Assembly (NCBI GenBank): GCA_038740245.1
Contig: JAVYLZ010000001.1
Coordinates: 29,375 to 64,844 of the forward strand
Origin: Candidatus Micrarchaeia archaeon
Lineage (GTDB): Archaea; Micrarchaeota; Micrarchaeia; CAILAH01
Direction of reading: 5' to 3'
Length of the DNA stretch: 35,470 nt
The stretch's first letter is position 1. Every line of letters begins with the position of its first letter. The position numbers and the translations under genes were made by a program. The notes below the pieces were generated by a model. The model had not been told where the DNA came from. It saw only the letters and a list, made by a program, of their open reading frames with translations, and made no database searches. Of the stretch, positions 28,326-35,470 are shown one piece after another.

Positions 28326-29303
28326 TCACCATTTGTGCACAAACGCCCTGAACTTGTAGTTATCATCAGTAAGCGCTCTCGCAATATTTCGCGATTGCCT
28401 AAGAATAAGATCCTTTATTGATGCGCGCCTACCCTCAAATGAGATTTCAGTAGTAAGCCGCTTAAGTACCTCACTCAATATCTTATCGCGACCGCTTTTT
28501 GAAAGCCTACCGCCTTCAAAATCTTCTTCGGTTGCCATCTTTCTTGAGAAAATAGTTATAACCGCACGATCGACTATAACCGGCCTAAAGTTTTCTATCA
28601 GATCAAGAACCATTGAGGGTTTTCCATAGCGATCTTTGTGATAAAAACCTAAATAGGGATCTAGACCTGAGATAATACATGCCCGCTCCACTTCGGAATA
28701 CAATATACCGTATCCGTAGTTAAGGAAAGCATTTGTCAAATTATCTCCTTTTTTATCCCTATTCCCAAGAGGCATTAATTCAGATAGTGCATCCCAATAT
28801 AAGCTGCCACAGTAGCCCTCAATCCCCAGTAAAGTTTCACCCACTTTAGCAAGGTTCAGTTCTAACAGATCTATCTTCTCAACCTGTGAAATTATTATAT
28901 TGGCGTTTCGAGTGACTTTCTCATTTGGTCTTTCCTTGGCAAGTGCCTTAAGGAGGTATGCCTGGTTTTTCACTTTTGCGTCGATTATTGATTTGATTAT
29001 TCGTGCGCCGGTTGGTGTTGCACTTGCCTCAAGCTGTTTTTTCCGTATTAGGGTCGTGCCACCCAGTTTACACGGGTATGTTCTCGCAAGCGGTGTACCT
29101 CTCCAGTCAAGGTAAGTAATATCTATATCGTGCTCCATCGCAAGCTCGATCGCACCCATGGAAATTGATGAAGCCCTTGCAATTAAAATTTGCTCTACCT
29201 TTTCAGCTGCAAATTCTTCCTCGGGCTTTTCAGGAATGCGCACGTAAAATCGTTCGGAGCGACGGCCTATGAAGGCGGCGTAGTCATTAATCACTAATTC
29301 CAT
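28326..29303 (-). CDS. cas1: CRISPR-associated Cas1
   Basis: LLGIEG, NAFLNYGYGILY, GLDPYLGFYH, SMVLDLIENFRPVIVDR. Confidence 0.97.
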   Translation of the reverse strand: MELVINDYAAFIGRRSERFYVRIPEKPEEEFAAEKVEQILIARASSISMGAIELAMEHDIDITYLDWRGTPLARTYPCKLGGTTLIRKKQLEASATPTGARIIKSIIDAKVKNQAYLLKALAKERPNEKVTRNANIIISQVEKIDLLELNLAKVGETLLGIEGYCGSLYWDALSELMPLGNRDKKGDNLTNAFLNYGYGILYSEVERACIISGLDPYLGFYHKDRYGKPSMVLDLIENFRPVIVDRAVITIFSRKMATEEDFEGGRLSKSGRDKILSEVLKRLTTEISFEGRRASIKDLILRQSRNIARALTDDNYKFRAFVHKW

Positions 29304-29354
29304 ATGGAAACATCAAATGCAAAAATTAAATACTCACTTATACTAAAGTATAAC
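29304..29354. promoter_or_regulatory. Divergent promoter region between cas1 and cas12f
   Basis: 51-bp AT-rich gap containing AATTAAAT and the inverted repeat TTATACT-AA-AGTATAA (29338-29353). Confidence 0.55.
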
Positions 29355-31187
29355 ATGCTCGCATTCAAGCTTAAGCTTAACCCGTCCTCAGAACAGCAGG
29401 CTCAGCTGGATTTAATATTTAGGAAGTGGGCGTATATGGCAAGCCGTGCCGCAAAGTTTGAAAAGAAGAGATGGAAGAAAGAAGTTGATTCAATGAGTTC
29501 AACTACCTCTGGTTTTGGGAAAACCCAGTTGGTCCACAAGATATTTGATGACATTGAGGCAGCCAAAAAGGGGATGGAGCACCAAAAACAGCGCCTGGAA
29601 TGGGGTTTGAGGAAAGACGAGCTACGGCTTCAGGATTACAAGTTGCTTATTGACGATGAATCTGCCAGGGAATATAAGCCCGGTGGCAGAGGGTCGTTTA
29701 GGATGGCCGGCAGGGGAATCGGGACTTATAAAACCTTGAAAGAATGGCAATCAGAGTACGAAAAGCAGGAGAGACGCATTTACAAAGTCAAGAAAACGCT
29801 TGACAAAATAACGCGTGTCTTGGAGGGGAAGCAACCGGTGCAGTTTAAGCCTACTAGAATAACGCTCTGGAATACAGTTTACTCTTTGGATTTCGCTAAT
29901 AAACTCCTAGAGCTTTCATTGCTTAAAGATTCAAAGATGTCAATTCCATTTGTTACCGCACCATATGCTTTAAGAGGCAAATCAAACAAAAATAGCTCAG
30001 AATTTATCGAAGAATCTTTGCTGAACTTCGTTAAGTTTGCACTGCACACTGGATATCTGTATGGGTTTTCATCATCGGAAAAAGCAAAATTGCGCTCGAA
30101 TAAGCCTGAATATGCTGAGAAAAAACTAAAAATAATCTCGTCAAAGCGTGATAAGATCAAGAATAAGTTTCCAAAATTCTTCAATAAGGTAATGAAGCGT
30201 GGGATCTCTCAAGAAGAGCAGGAAATCTTGCTTAAGGTATTAGATGATATAGTAGCCGGCAATGATGTTTCCACTAACAATGCTTACCAAAACCTGCTGG
30301 AACAAATGTCACGAAATATTCTTGCGGGTGATATTGAGTTTAGGCCGTTAAAATACCCAATATTAATTAGAAAGCCACTCCCCTCAAAAAAATACAAGAA
30401 GCTTAAAAACCTAAAGCCGCAAGAGTGGAAGTACTACCTTCAGCTTTCATATGAGCCATTCAGGCAGGGTACTGTTCCAGAAAAAACAATAATGGGCATC
30501 GATCGGGGTATAAGGCATTTGGTTGCCGTTTCAGTATTTGATCCGAAATCCGGTAAATTCATATTAAACAAGCTTATAGACAATCCCGTAAGGGGGTGGA
30601 AAATAAAGTTGCGTGCGCTTAAGGCTCATATCCGAAATAGGGAGCGACGGCTACGTGCCAAAAAAAATATCCATATTAAGGAAAATCAGGCAAAGAAAAG
30701 CCTAAGATCACTAAGAAATAAAATCAGAAATTATACCCACGAGATTTCACGTGTGATAGTGAATGATGCCAAAAGGTTAAACGCAGCAATAGTTTTTGAG
30801 GATCTTTTTGATGTAAAGCGCAGCGGTCGCAAAAAAAGCAAGTTTACCAAGAACCTTGATTATACGCTTAGCCTATTTGACTATGGGCAAATATATCGTA
30901 TGATAAAGTACAAGGCAATCAAGGAGGGGATCCAAGTCTATAAGGTAAAGCCAGATTACACAAGTCAAAGGTGCGCAAAGTGTCTTCTTACTGGATTTAG
31001 CCAAAGCACTTACATAAGGGGGGTGCCGCGTAAGGGAGACAAGCATAAAATAAACTCAAAGGTTGGAGTGTGCAAAAATTGTTGCGGATCAGGCAAAGAT
31101 TACACTATTGACGCAGACCTGAATGCTGCACGTGTGATCGCCCTTTGCAAATTCAAAAACCTTAATAATCCTCAGCCAGATAATTAA
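29355..31187 (+). CDS. cas12f: Type V-F effector nuclease, Cas12f2 (Cas14b)-like, ~610 aa
   Basis: N-term MLAFKLKLNP..EQ...LD..F.KWA; FKPTRITL; KYPILIRKP; EWKYYLQ; RuvC-I MGIDRG, RuvC-II VFEDL, Zn-finger TSQRCAKC...CKNC, RuvC-III IDADLNAARVIA. Flanked by cas1/2/4 and an array. Confidence 0.92.
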   Translation: MLAFKLKLNPSSEQQAQLDLIFRKWAYMASRAAKFEKKRWKKEVDSMSSTTSGFGKTQLVHKIFDDIEAAKKGMEHQKQRLEWGLRKDELRLQDYKLLIDDESAREYKPGGRGSFRMAGRGIGTYKTLKEWQSEYEKQERRIYKVKKTLDKITRVLEGKQPVQFKPTRITLWNTVYSLDFANKLLELSLLKDSKMSIPFVTAPYALRGKSNKNSSEFIEESLLNFVKFALHTGYLYGFSSSEKAKLRSNKPEYAEKKLKIISSKRDKIKNKFPKFFNKVMKRGISQEEQEILLKVLDDIVAGNDVSTNNAYQNLLEQMSRNILAGDIEFRPLKYPILIRKPLPSKKYKKLKNLKPQEWKYYLQLSYEPFRQGTVPEKTIMGIDRGIRHLVAVSVFDPKSGKFILNKLIDNPVRGWKIKLRALKAHIRNRERRLRAKKNIHIKENQAKKSLRSLRNKIRNYTHEISRVIVNDAKRLNAAIVFEDLFDVKRSGRKKSKFTKNLDYTLSLFDYGQIYRMIKYKAIKEGIQVYKVKPDYTSQRCAKCLLTGFSQSTYIRGVPRKGDKHKINSKVGVCKNCCGSGKDYTIDADLNAARVIALCKFKNLNNPQPDN

Positions 31188-31194
31188 TCATGCA

Positions 31195-31445
31195 GTACAC
31201 GCCAATGCGTGTACGGTGTTACACTACTAGGTCAGAGCGCTATATAGTGAGCGTAAAAAACCTGTGGATGCCATTCCCTATATGGGACGTGGCAGATATG
31301 GCCCGTTGCAGGCCACCTGGGTCCATAAGTTCCCGCATTGGGTTCTAACGGCCCGATTGCTCTTTGGTTCAAAGCTTAGCCGCTCGGTGGGTCTTTATAA
31401 ATGCTAATGCAATTTATGGTCCGCGTGCGGCGCTCTGCAATAAGT
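31195..31445 (+). ncRNA. Putative tracrRNA of the Cas12f system (ends approximate)
   Basis: Hairpin GTACACGC-CAAT-GCGTGTAC (31195-31214); loop-displayed GTTGCA (31305-31310) complementary to the repeat 3' end; TTGCTCTTTG (31357-31366) and GCTCTGCAAT (31432-31441) complementary to the middle and 5' end of the repeat. Confidence 0.75.
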
Positions 31446-31490
31446 GACTTTCTAGTGATGCATAAGCTCTAAAATAGTGCATTTTTGGCT

Positions 31491-31974
31491 ATTGCAGAGC
31501 CCGAATAGACAAAGAGTGAGATGCAACTTAAATATCGTGATGTGATAAGGGCGATTGGCTACTTTATGTAATTGCAGAGCCCGAATAGACAAAGAGTGAG
31601 ATGCAACACGGTGTTTGGACACCTATGGAAAGCAACCGTGCCCACAATTGCAGAGCCCGAATAGACAAAGAGTGAGATGCAACGGAGGTTTCCCCATCCA
31701 TATAGTAGCCTTGATAACTTATTGCAGAGCCCGAATAGACAAAGAGTGAGATGCAACCCAGCCGATTACTTCATCTGGTCATACATTAGGAGGATTGCAG
31801 AGCCCGAATAGACAAAGAGTGAGATGCAACCTCATCGGCAGTCTTGCTATGGGCGTAATAAGCATATTGCAGAGCCCGAATAGACAAAGAGTGAGATGCA
31901 ACTCGCCATGAGGTTACCTGATGACGTGCCAGTTTCGATTGCAGAGCCCGAATAGACAAAGAGTGAGATGCAAG
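31491..31974 (+). CRISPR. CRISPR array: 7 x 37-bp repeats ATTGCAGAGCCCGAATAGACAAAGAGTGAGATGCAAC, 6 spacers (43, 39, 37, 36, 35, 35 bp)
   Basis: Repeats start at 31491, 31571, 31647, 31721, 31794, 31866 and 31938. The last repeat ends ...GCAAG (degenerate trailer). The sequence resembles Cas14-type repeats. Confidence 0.99.
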
Positions 31975-31994
31975 TTGTATGTCGTGCGAGGGAA

Positions 31995-32117
31995 GGATTC
32001 AGACAGCCTGAACGATTTTGCAAGCCGTGTTGAGTACCTCATTGCATAATCCGCGCTCGTTACAAGGATGAATAGCGAGGTGAGTAGGAGTATCAGCTGG
32101 TGCAGCACGGCGCTCAT
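31995..32117 (-). pseudogene. N-terminal fragment of a CaCA/YrbG-type Ca2+(Na+) antiporter, truncated at the CRISPR array
   Basis: MSAVLHQLILLLTSLFILVTSADYAMRYSTRLAKSFRLSE matches the family's first TM pattern (L..L..AD.......LA..F..SE). The frame then runs into the last repeat. Confidence 0.65.
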
Positions 32118-32165
32118 CTTCAGGGCATCTCAGTGTAATTATAAAAATTTTCGGCAAAAAACAAG

Positions 32166-32546
32166 ATGGGTGACCTTATGGTTTCACTGAAGCAGATAGG
32201 TCCATACGCATACATTGCAGGCGTTGTTTTGGCCCTTATACTTGGTTTTGTTGCGCCTAGCAGCCTGTTGTGGGCTCTGATACTGGGCCTGCTCGGCATT
32301 GTTGTGGGCTTGCTTAACATAACCGACAAGGAGGTCAACACATTCTTGCTTGCCTCAGTTGCATTCATAGTATCGGCTTCAAGCCTGTCTGACCTGCTGG
32401 TAAAGCTCGGCCAGATGCTTGGCATGGATGCAACTGCGATGGTGGGTGGAGGCCTTGCAAGCGCACTGGGCTACATGGTTGCGTTCACTGCACCTGCAGC
32501 AGCCCTGATTGCAGTGCTCGCGCTGTACCGCCTTGCAAAGGACTAA
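32166..32546 (+). CDS. Conserved small membrane protein
   Basis: Four TM helices with LGIVVGLLNITDKEVNTFLLA; poly-T after the stop. Confidence 0.75.
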   Translation: MGDLMVSLKQIGPYAYIAGVVLALILGFVAPSSLLWALILGLLGIVVGLLNITDKEVNTFLLASVAFIVSASSLSDLLVKLGQMLGMDATAMVGGGLASALGYMVAFTAPAAALIAVLALYRLAKD

Positions 32547-32547
32547 A

Positions 32548-32563
32548 CTTTTTTTTAACTTTT
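32548..32563 (+). terminator. Archaeal-type poly-T terminator
   Basis: CTTTTTTTTAACTTTT immediately after the stop at 32546. Confidence 0.5.
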
Positions 32564-32602
32564 AATTTCTCAACATTTTAATTCTCAACAACGGTGTAAT
32601 GT

Positions 32603-33169
32603 ATGGTTAGGATTGGTGAAACTATCGGCGATTTTGAAATGGATGCATTCCATAATGGCGACCTCAGGAAAATCAGGCTGTCTGATTACCGTGGGAAATG
32701 GCTTGTGCTGTTTTTCTATCCAGCGGATTTCACGTTTGTGTGCCCCACAGAATTGGGGGAGCTTGCGGATTATTATGATAGGATTAGGCAACTTGGTGCA
32801 GAGGTGATGAGTGTAAGCACTGATACGCATTACACTCACCTCGCGTGGCATATGAGCTCGCCACAGGTTAGCAAAGTTAAGTTCCCGATGCTGGCCGATC
32901 CTGCAGGTAAGCTTGGCAGGCATTTTGGTGTTTATATAGAAGATGAAGGGGTTACTTTGCGCGGAACGTTTATCATCAATCCTGAAGGTAAGCTTGTTGC
33001 TGCTGAAGTTAATGACAACAGCATAGGCAGGAGTGCAAAAGAGCTCCTTAGGAAGCTGCAGGCAGCAAAGCATGTGTATGAAAACGGCGGTGTTGTTGCG
33101 TGCCCCGCAAGCTGGGAGCCCGGCAAAAGCGACTTAAAGCCGAGTGCCGGTTTGGTAGGGAAGATTTAG
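32603..33169 (+). CDS. ahpC: 2-Cys peroxiredoxin (AhpC)
   Basis: FFYPADFTFVCPTE peroxidatic motif, RGTFII, GRS, ACPASW resolving Cys. Confidence 0.97.
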   Translation: MVRIGETIGDFEMDAFHNGDLRKIRLSDYRGKWLVLFFYPADFTFVCPTELGELADYYDRIRQLGAEVMSVSTDTHYTHLAWHMSSPQVSKVKFPMLADPAGKLGRHFGVYIEDEGVTLRGTFIINPEGKLVAAEVNDNSIGRSAKELLRKLQAAKHVYENGGVVACPASWEPGKSDLKPSAGLVGKI

Positions 33170-33207
33170 TTTTCTATTTTATTAACTTTAATAGCGCAAT
33201 TTTACAT

Positions 33208-33807
33208 ATGGCATACACACCTAAAAATTATGACGCGCTTCTGGGCACGGCTGGCCTGAGCGATACGCTATTGAGGAACCATTTCACGCTTTACAACGGC
33301 TACGTTGCCAACTTCAACAAGCTTGATGAAATGATAATGCAGATGGAGAAGGAGGGCAAATTTGGCACGCCTGAATATGCGGAATTGAACAGGCGGCTTG
33401 GCTGGGAGTTCAACGGCATGCGGCTGCACGAGCTTTACTTCGGCAACATGTGCGGGGGCGGCAGGCCGTTAAGCAGGGACGGCCAGCTGGCACAGCAGAT
33501 AAAAAAAGAGTGGGGCTCGCTGGAATTGTGGGAGAAGGATTTCCGTGCGATGGGTGCTATGCGCGGCATCGGCTGGGTAATACTTTACTATGACAATGCT
33601 GAGAAACGGCTGTTCAACGTGTGGATAAATGAGCATGACGTGGGCCATTTTGCGGGGTGCACGCCGCTATTAGTGATGGACGTGTTTGAGCACGCGTACA
33701 TGCTTGACTACGGCCTGAAGCGTGCCGATTACATTGAGGCATTTTTCAGGGCAATTGACTGGGGCGCGGTGGAAGCACGCCTTTCAGCCTGCAATTCACA
33801 TATATAA
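33208..33807 (+). CDS. sod: Fe/Mn superoxide dismutase
   Basis: NHFTLYNGYV, LHELYF, GIGW, MDVFEHAYMLDYG...YIEAFF..IDW. Confidence 0.95.
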   Translation: MAYTPKNYDALLGTAGLSDTLLRNHFTLYNGYVANFNKLDEMIMQMEKEGKFGTPEYAELNRRLGWEFNGMRLHELYFGNMCGGGRPLSRDGQLAQQIKKEWGSLELWEKDFRAMGAMRGIGWVILYYDNAEKRLFNVWINEHDVGHFAGCTPLLVMDVFEHAYMLDYGLKRADYIEAFFRAIDWGAVEARLSACNSHI

Positions 33808-33841
33808 TACTATATTGAGATTTGTTAGCAGGTGGATGTTT

Positions 33842-34369
33842 ATGAGTGACCTTTCAAATCTCGTTAAGGAGGCAACTTCGCGCAAGATGCCCGAATACAC
33901 GCCCGGCAAGGATGACCCCAACATAATTGAGGGGGGCGGTGATGCGCCTGAGGATGTGCCAACGCTGCCCAAATCTTCGCTGGGCAGTGTTAAGGTTGAG
34001 CTCCCTAAGAGCGGGTACAGGACAGGCCAGTCTGTTAAGGGCACCGTAACAGTTACACTTAAGGAGCCAAAAAAAGCAGAATCGCTGGTGGTTGTGCTGT
34101 GGGGCGAGAAGCGCGTTGCACTGCCATCCCATTTCAGGACACCCGGCGGCAACAACGACTCGCGCGTTGTGCGCGTGAGCGAGCGGTTTGCAGAGCTTAC
34201 AGGTGCACGCGAGCTTTCAACAGAGGAGAAGTTCCAGTTTGAGCTTCCGGTAGCAGCCCCTGTGCCGGACCTTGCAGCAAACTACAAGTGGTACGTCGGT
34301 GCATCTCTTATCCTGTGGCCAGACACTGAGATTGCGGATATGATTGAGATAAAAGTCGTTGATGCCTAG
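33842..34369 (+). CDS. Hypothetical protein with arrestin-N/SpoOM-like beta-sandwich
   Basis: Y.TGQSVKGTVTVTL..PKKA..L.V.LWGE...FQFELP pattern. Confidence 0.6.
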   Translation: MSDLSNLVKEATSRKMPEYTPGKDDPNIIEGGGDAPEDVPTLPKSSLGSVKVELPKSGYRTGQSVKGTVTVTLKEPKKAESLVVVLWGEKRVALPSHFRTPGGNNDSRVVRVSERFAELTGARELSTEEKFQFELPVAAPVPDLAANYKWYVGASLILWPDTEIADMIEIKVVDA

Positions 34370-34428
34370 TTTTATCATATTCTTTTAATCAAAAGAAGGA
34401 TAGCCCCGAGCGGATTTTCGTTTTGGCC

Positions 34429-34563
34429 TTTTTTTGGGGCCAAGCCCTTTTAGGCATCCCAAAAAGGGCGCCTTGTTTTTTTGGGGTCAAGCCCTTTTAG
34501 GCATCCCAAAAAGGGCGCCTTGTTTTTTTGGGGTCAAGCCCTTTTAGGCATCCCAAAAAGGGC
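34429..34563. repeat. 47-bp tandem repeat (~2.9 copies) inside the tRNA T-loop intron
   Basis: TTTTTTTGGGGTCAAGCCCTTTTAGGCATCCCAAAAAGGGCGCCTTG at 34429, 34476 and 34523 (partial), with one mismatch. Confidence 0.95.
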
Positions 34564-34596
34564 TGTTCGAACCGCTGTCTGGAGGTCTCTCCTGTG

Positions 34597-34675
34597 GGGC
34601 GCATCCGCCCCCACACCCCCGGTAATTTCGCTTACGCGAAATTGTTGGGTTGGGCGCATCCGCCCCCACACCCCC
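34597..34675. repeat. Two identical 24-bp GC-rich hairpin motifs inside the anticodon intron
   Basis: GGGCGCATCCGCCCCCACACCCCC at 34597-34620 and 34652-34675. Confidence 0.9.
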
Positions 34676-34859
34676 CTCAGTGAATTTGAGGTTGCGAAGG
34701 GCCTTGCAAACTGGCGTTTGCTGGCCACACGTGCAGAACACGTGTTGGACCGCAGGCTTCCTTCGTCCAGAGCCTCCCATCCTTGACCACTAGACGACGG
34801 GGCTATCAGCACACTTTAAGGCCATATCATTTTTAATTGTTGCTATTGAGTTTGTGGAC

Positions 34860-35396
34860 ATGTTTGCCAAAATTGCAAGGAAGCGGCGCAGTGTGCGCAA
34901 GTTTCTTGCCAGAGATGTGCCTGACAAGGTTGTTGAGGCAGTGCTCAGGGTTGCGATACAGGCGCCCAGCGCAATGAATAAGCAATCTTGGGAGTTTATT
35001 GTGGTGCGTGACCTTGAAACGAGGAGGCGGCTTTCACAGGCGAGCTTTATGCAAGGGTCGCTCGTGAGCGCTCCAGTGGTTATTGCTGTATGTGGCAACA
35101 CAAAAAGGGCAGGGGGCATCCCTATCGTCGGGCCCGGTGCGGAAGAGTTTGCAGCGACCGATGCCATCATTGCAGCCGCGTACATCCAGCTGGCGGCGCT
35201 GGACAAGAAGCTCGGAACGGTATGGGTGGGCGGGTTTGACAGGAAGCAGGTTGCGGCAATACTTGGCCTGCCGGATTATGTAAAGCCCGTTGCGCTAGTG
35301 CCGATGGGGTATCCCGCTGAGAAGCCAAAGCCGCACGGCCGCCTGCCGCTTGAGAAGGTGCTGCACACGGGGAGGTACGGGCAGCCCCAACGTTAA
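34860..35396 (+). CDS. Nitroreductase family protein
   Basis: RRSVRKF, APSAMNKQSWEFIVV, LGTVWVGGF, MGYP. Confidence 0.93.
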   Translation: MFAKIARKRRSVRKFLARDVPDKVVEAVLRVAIQAPSAMNKQSWEFIVVRDLETRRRLSQASFMQGSLVSAPVVIAVCGNTKRAGGIPIVGPGAEEFAATDAIIAAAYIQLAALDKKLGTVWVGGFDRKQVAAILGLPDYVKPVALVPMGYPAEKPKPHGRLPLEKVLHTGRYGQPQR

Positions 35397-35470
35397 TTAT
35401 TCATCTTATTAGAAACATTTATATATATCTTTTACGCAAAATAATACATGGCCCAAATGCAGCGCCCCAA

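Larger units (their letters stand above)
34401..34804 (-). tRNA. tRNA-Gln(CUG) with two introns: exons 34804-34767, 34586-34566, 34414-34401; introns at 37/38 (180 nt) and 59/60 (151 nt)
   Basis: The spliced exons give AGCCCCG TC GTCT AGTGGTCAA GGAT G GGAGG CT CTG G|A CCTCC AGAC AGCGG TTCGAA|T CCGCT CGGGGCT A: perfect acceptor, anticodon and T stems, with the A1-U72 pair typical of archaeal tRNA-Gln. Confidence 0.88.

Noticed and set aside
29304..29354. N-terminal 17 aa of the 627-aa ORF
   Set aside because: That ATG directly abuts the cas1 start and leaves no room for promoters; MLAFKLKL at 29355 fits family N-termini.
29355..31187. IS200/IS605 TnpB transposon
   Set aside because: No TnpA or IS ends; the size, cas1/2/4 context, anti-repeats and array indicate Cas12f.
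31528..31937. Self-targeting spacers
   Set aside because: No match to the rest of the window was noticed by eye; this needs a proper alignment.
34429..34563. 47-bp repeats as a second CRISPR array
   Set aside because: The units are directly tandem with no unique spacers.
34587..34766. Group I self-splicing intron
   Set aside because: Short, no recognisable P7 core, and the junctions fit endonuclease BHB/BHL geometry.
34481..34812. ORFs of 78-101 aa across the repeat region
   Set aside because: They run through tandem repeats and tRNA exons with no protein motifs; no sign of an intron-encoded endonuclease.

Overview
Gene-dense archaeal chromosomal segment (radA, cdc6/orc1, archaeal-type sepF, mre11, truD, trmJ-like, BHB-type tRNA introns). 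The gene content (large surface proteins, class III signal-peptide LamG protein, minimal [FeFe] hydrogenase, Cas14-type effector) suggests a DPANN archaeon, possibly Micrarchaeota (inference). Highlights: (1) a complete compact type V-F CRISPR-Cas locus: cas4-cas2-cas1 on the minus strand, a divergent ~610-aa Cas12f2/Cas14b-like RuvC effector, a tracrRNA candidate with three anti-repeat segments, and an array of 7 repeats/6 spacers that abuts a truncated Ca2+/Na+ antiporter gene; (2) a tRNA-Gln(CUG) split into three exons by two long (180 and 151 nt) repeat-filled introns at 37/38 and 59/60; (3) an H-domain-only [FeFe] hydrogenase; (4) a ~1570-aa surface protein with near-identical internal DNA duplications. 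All calls come from motif recognition and manual reading, with no database searches.
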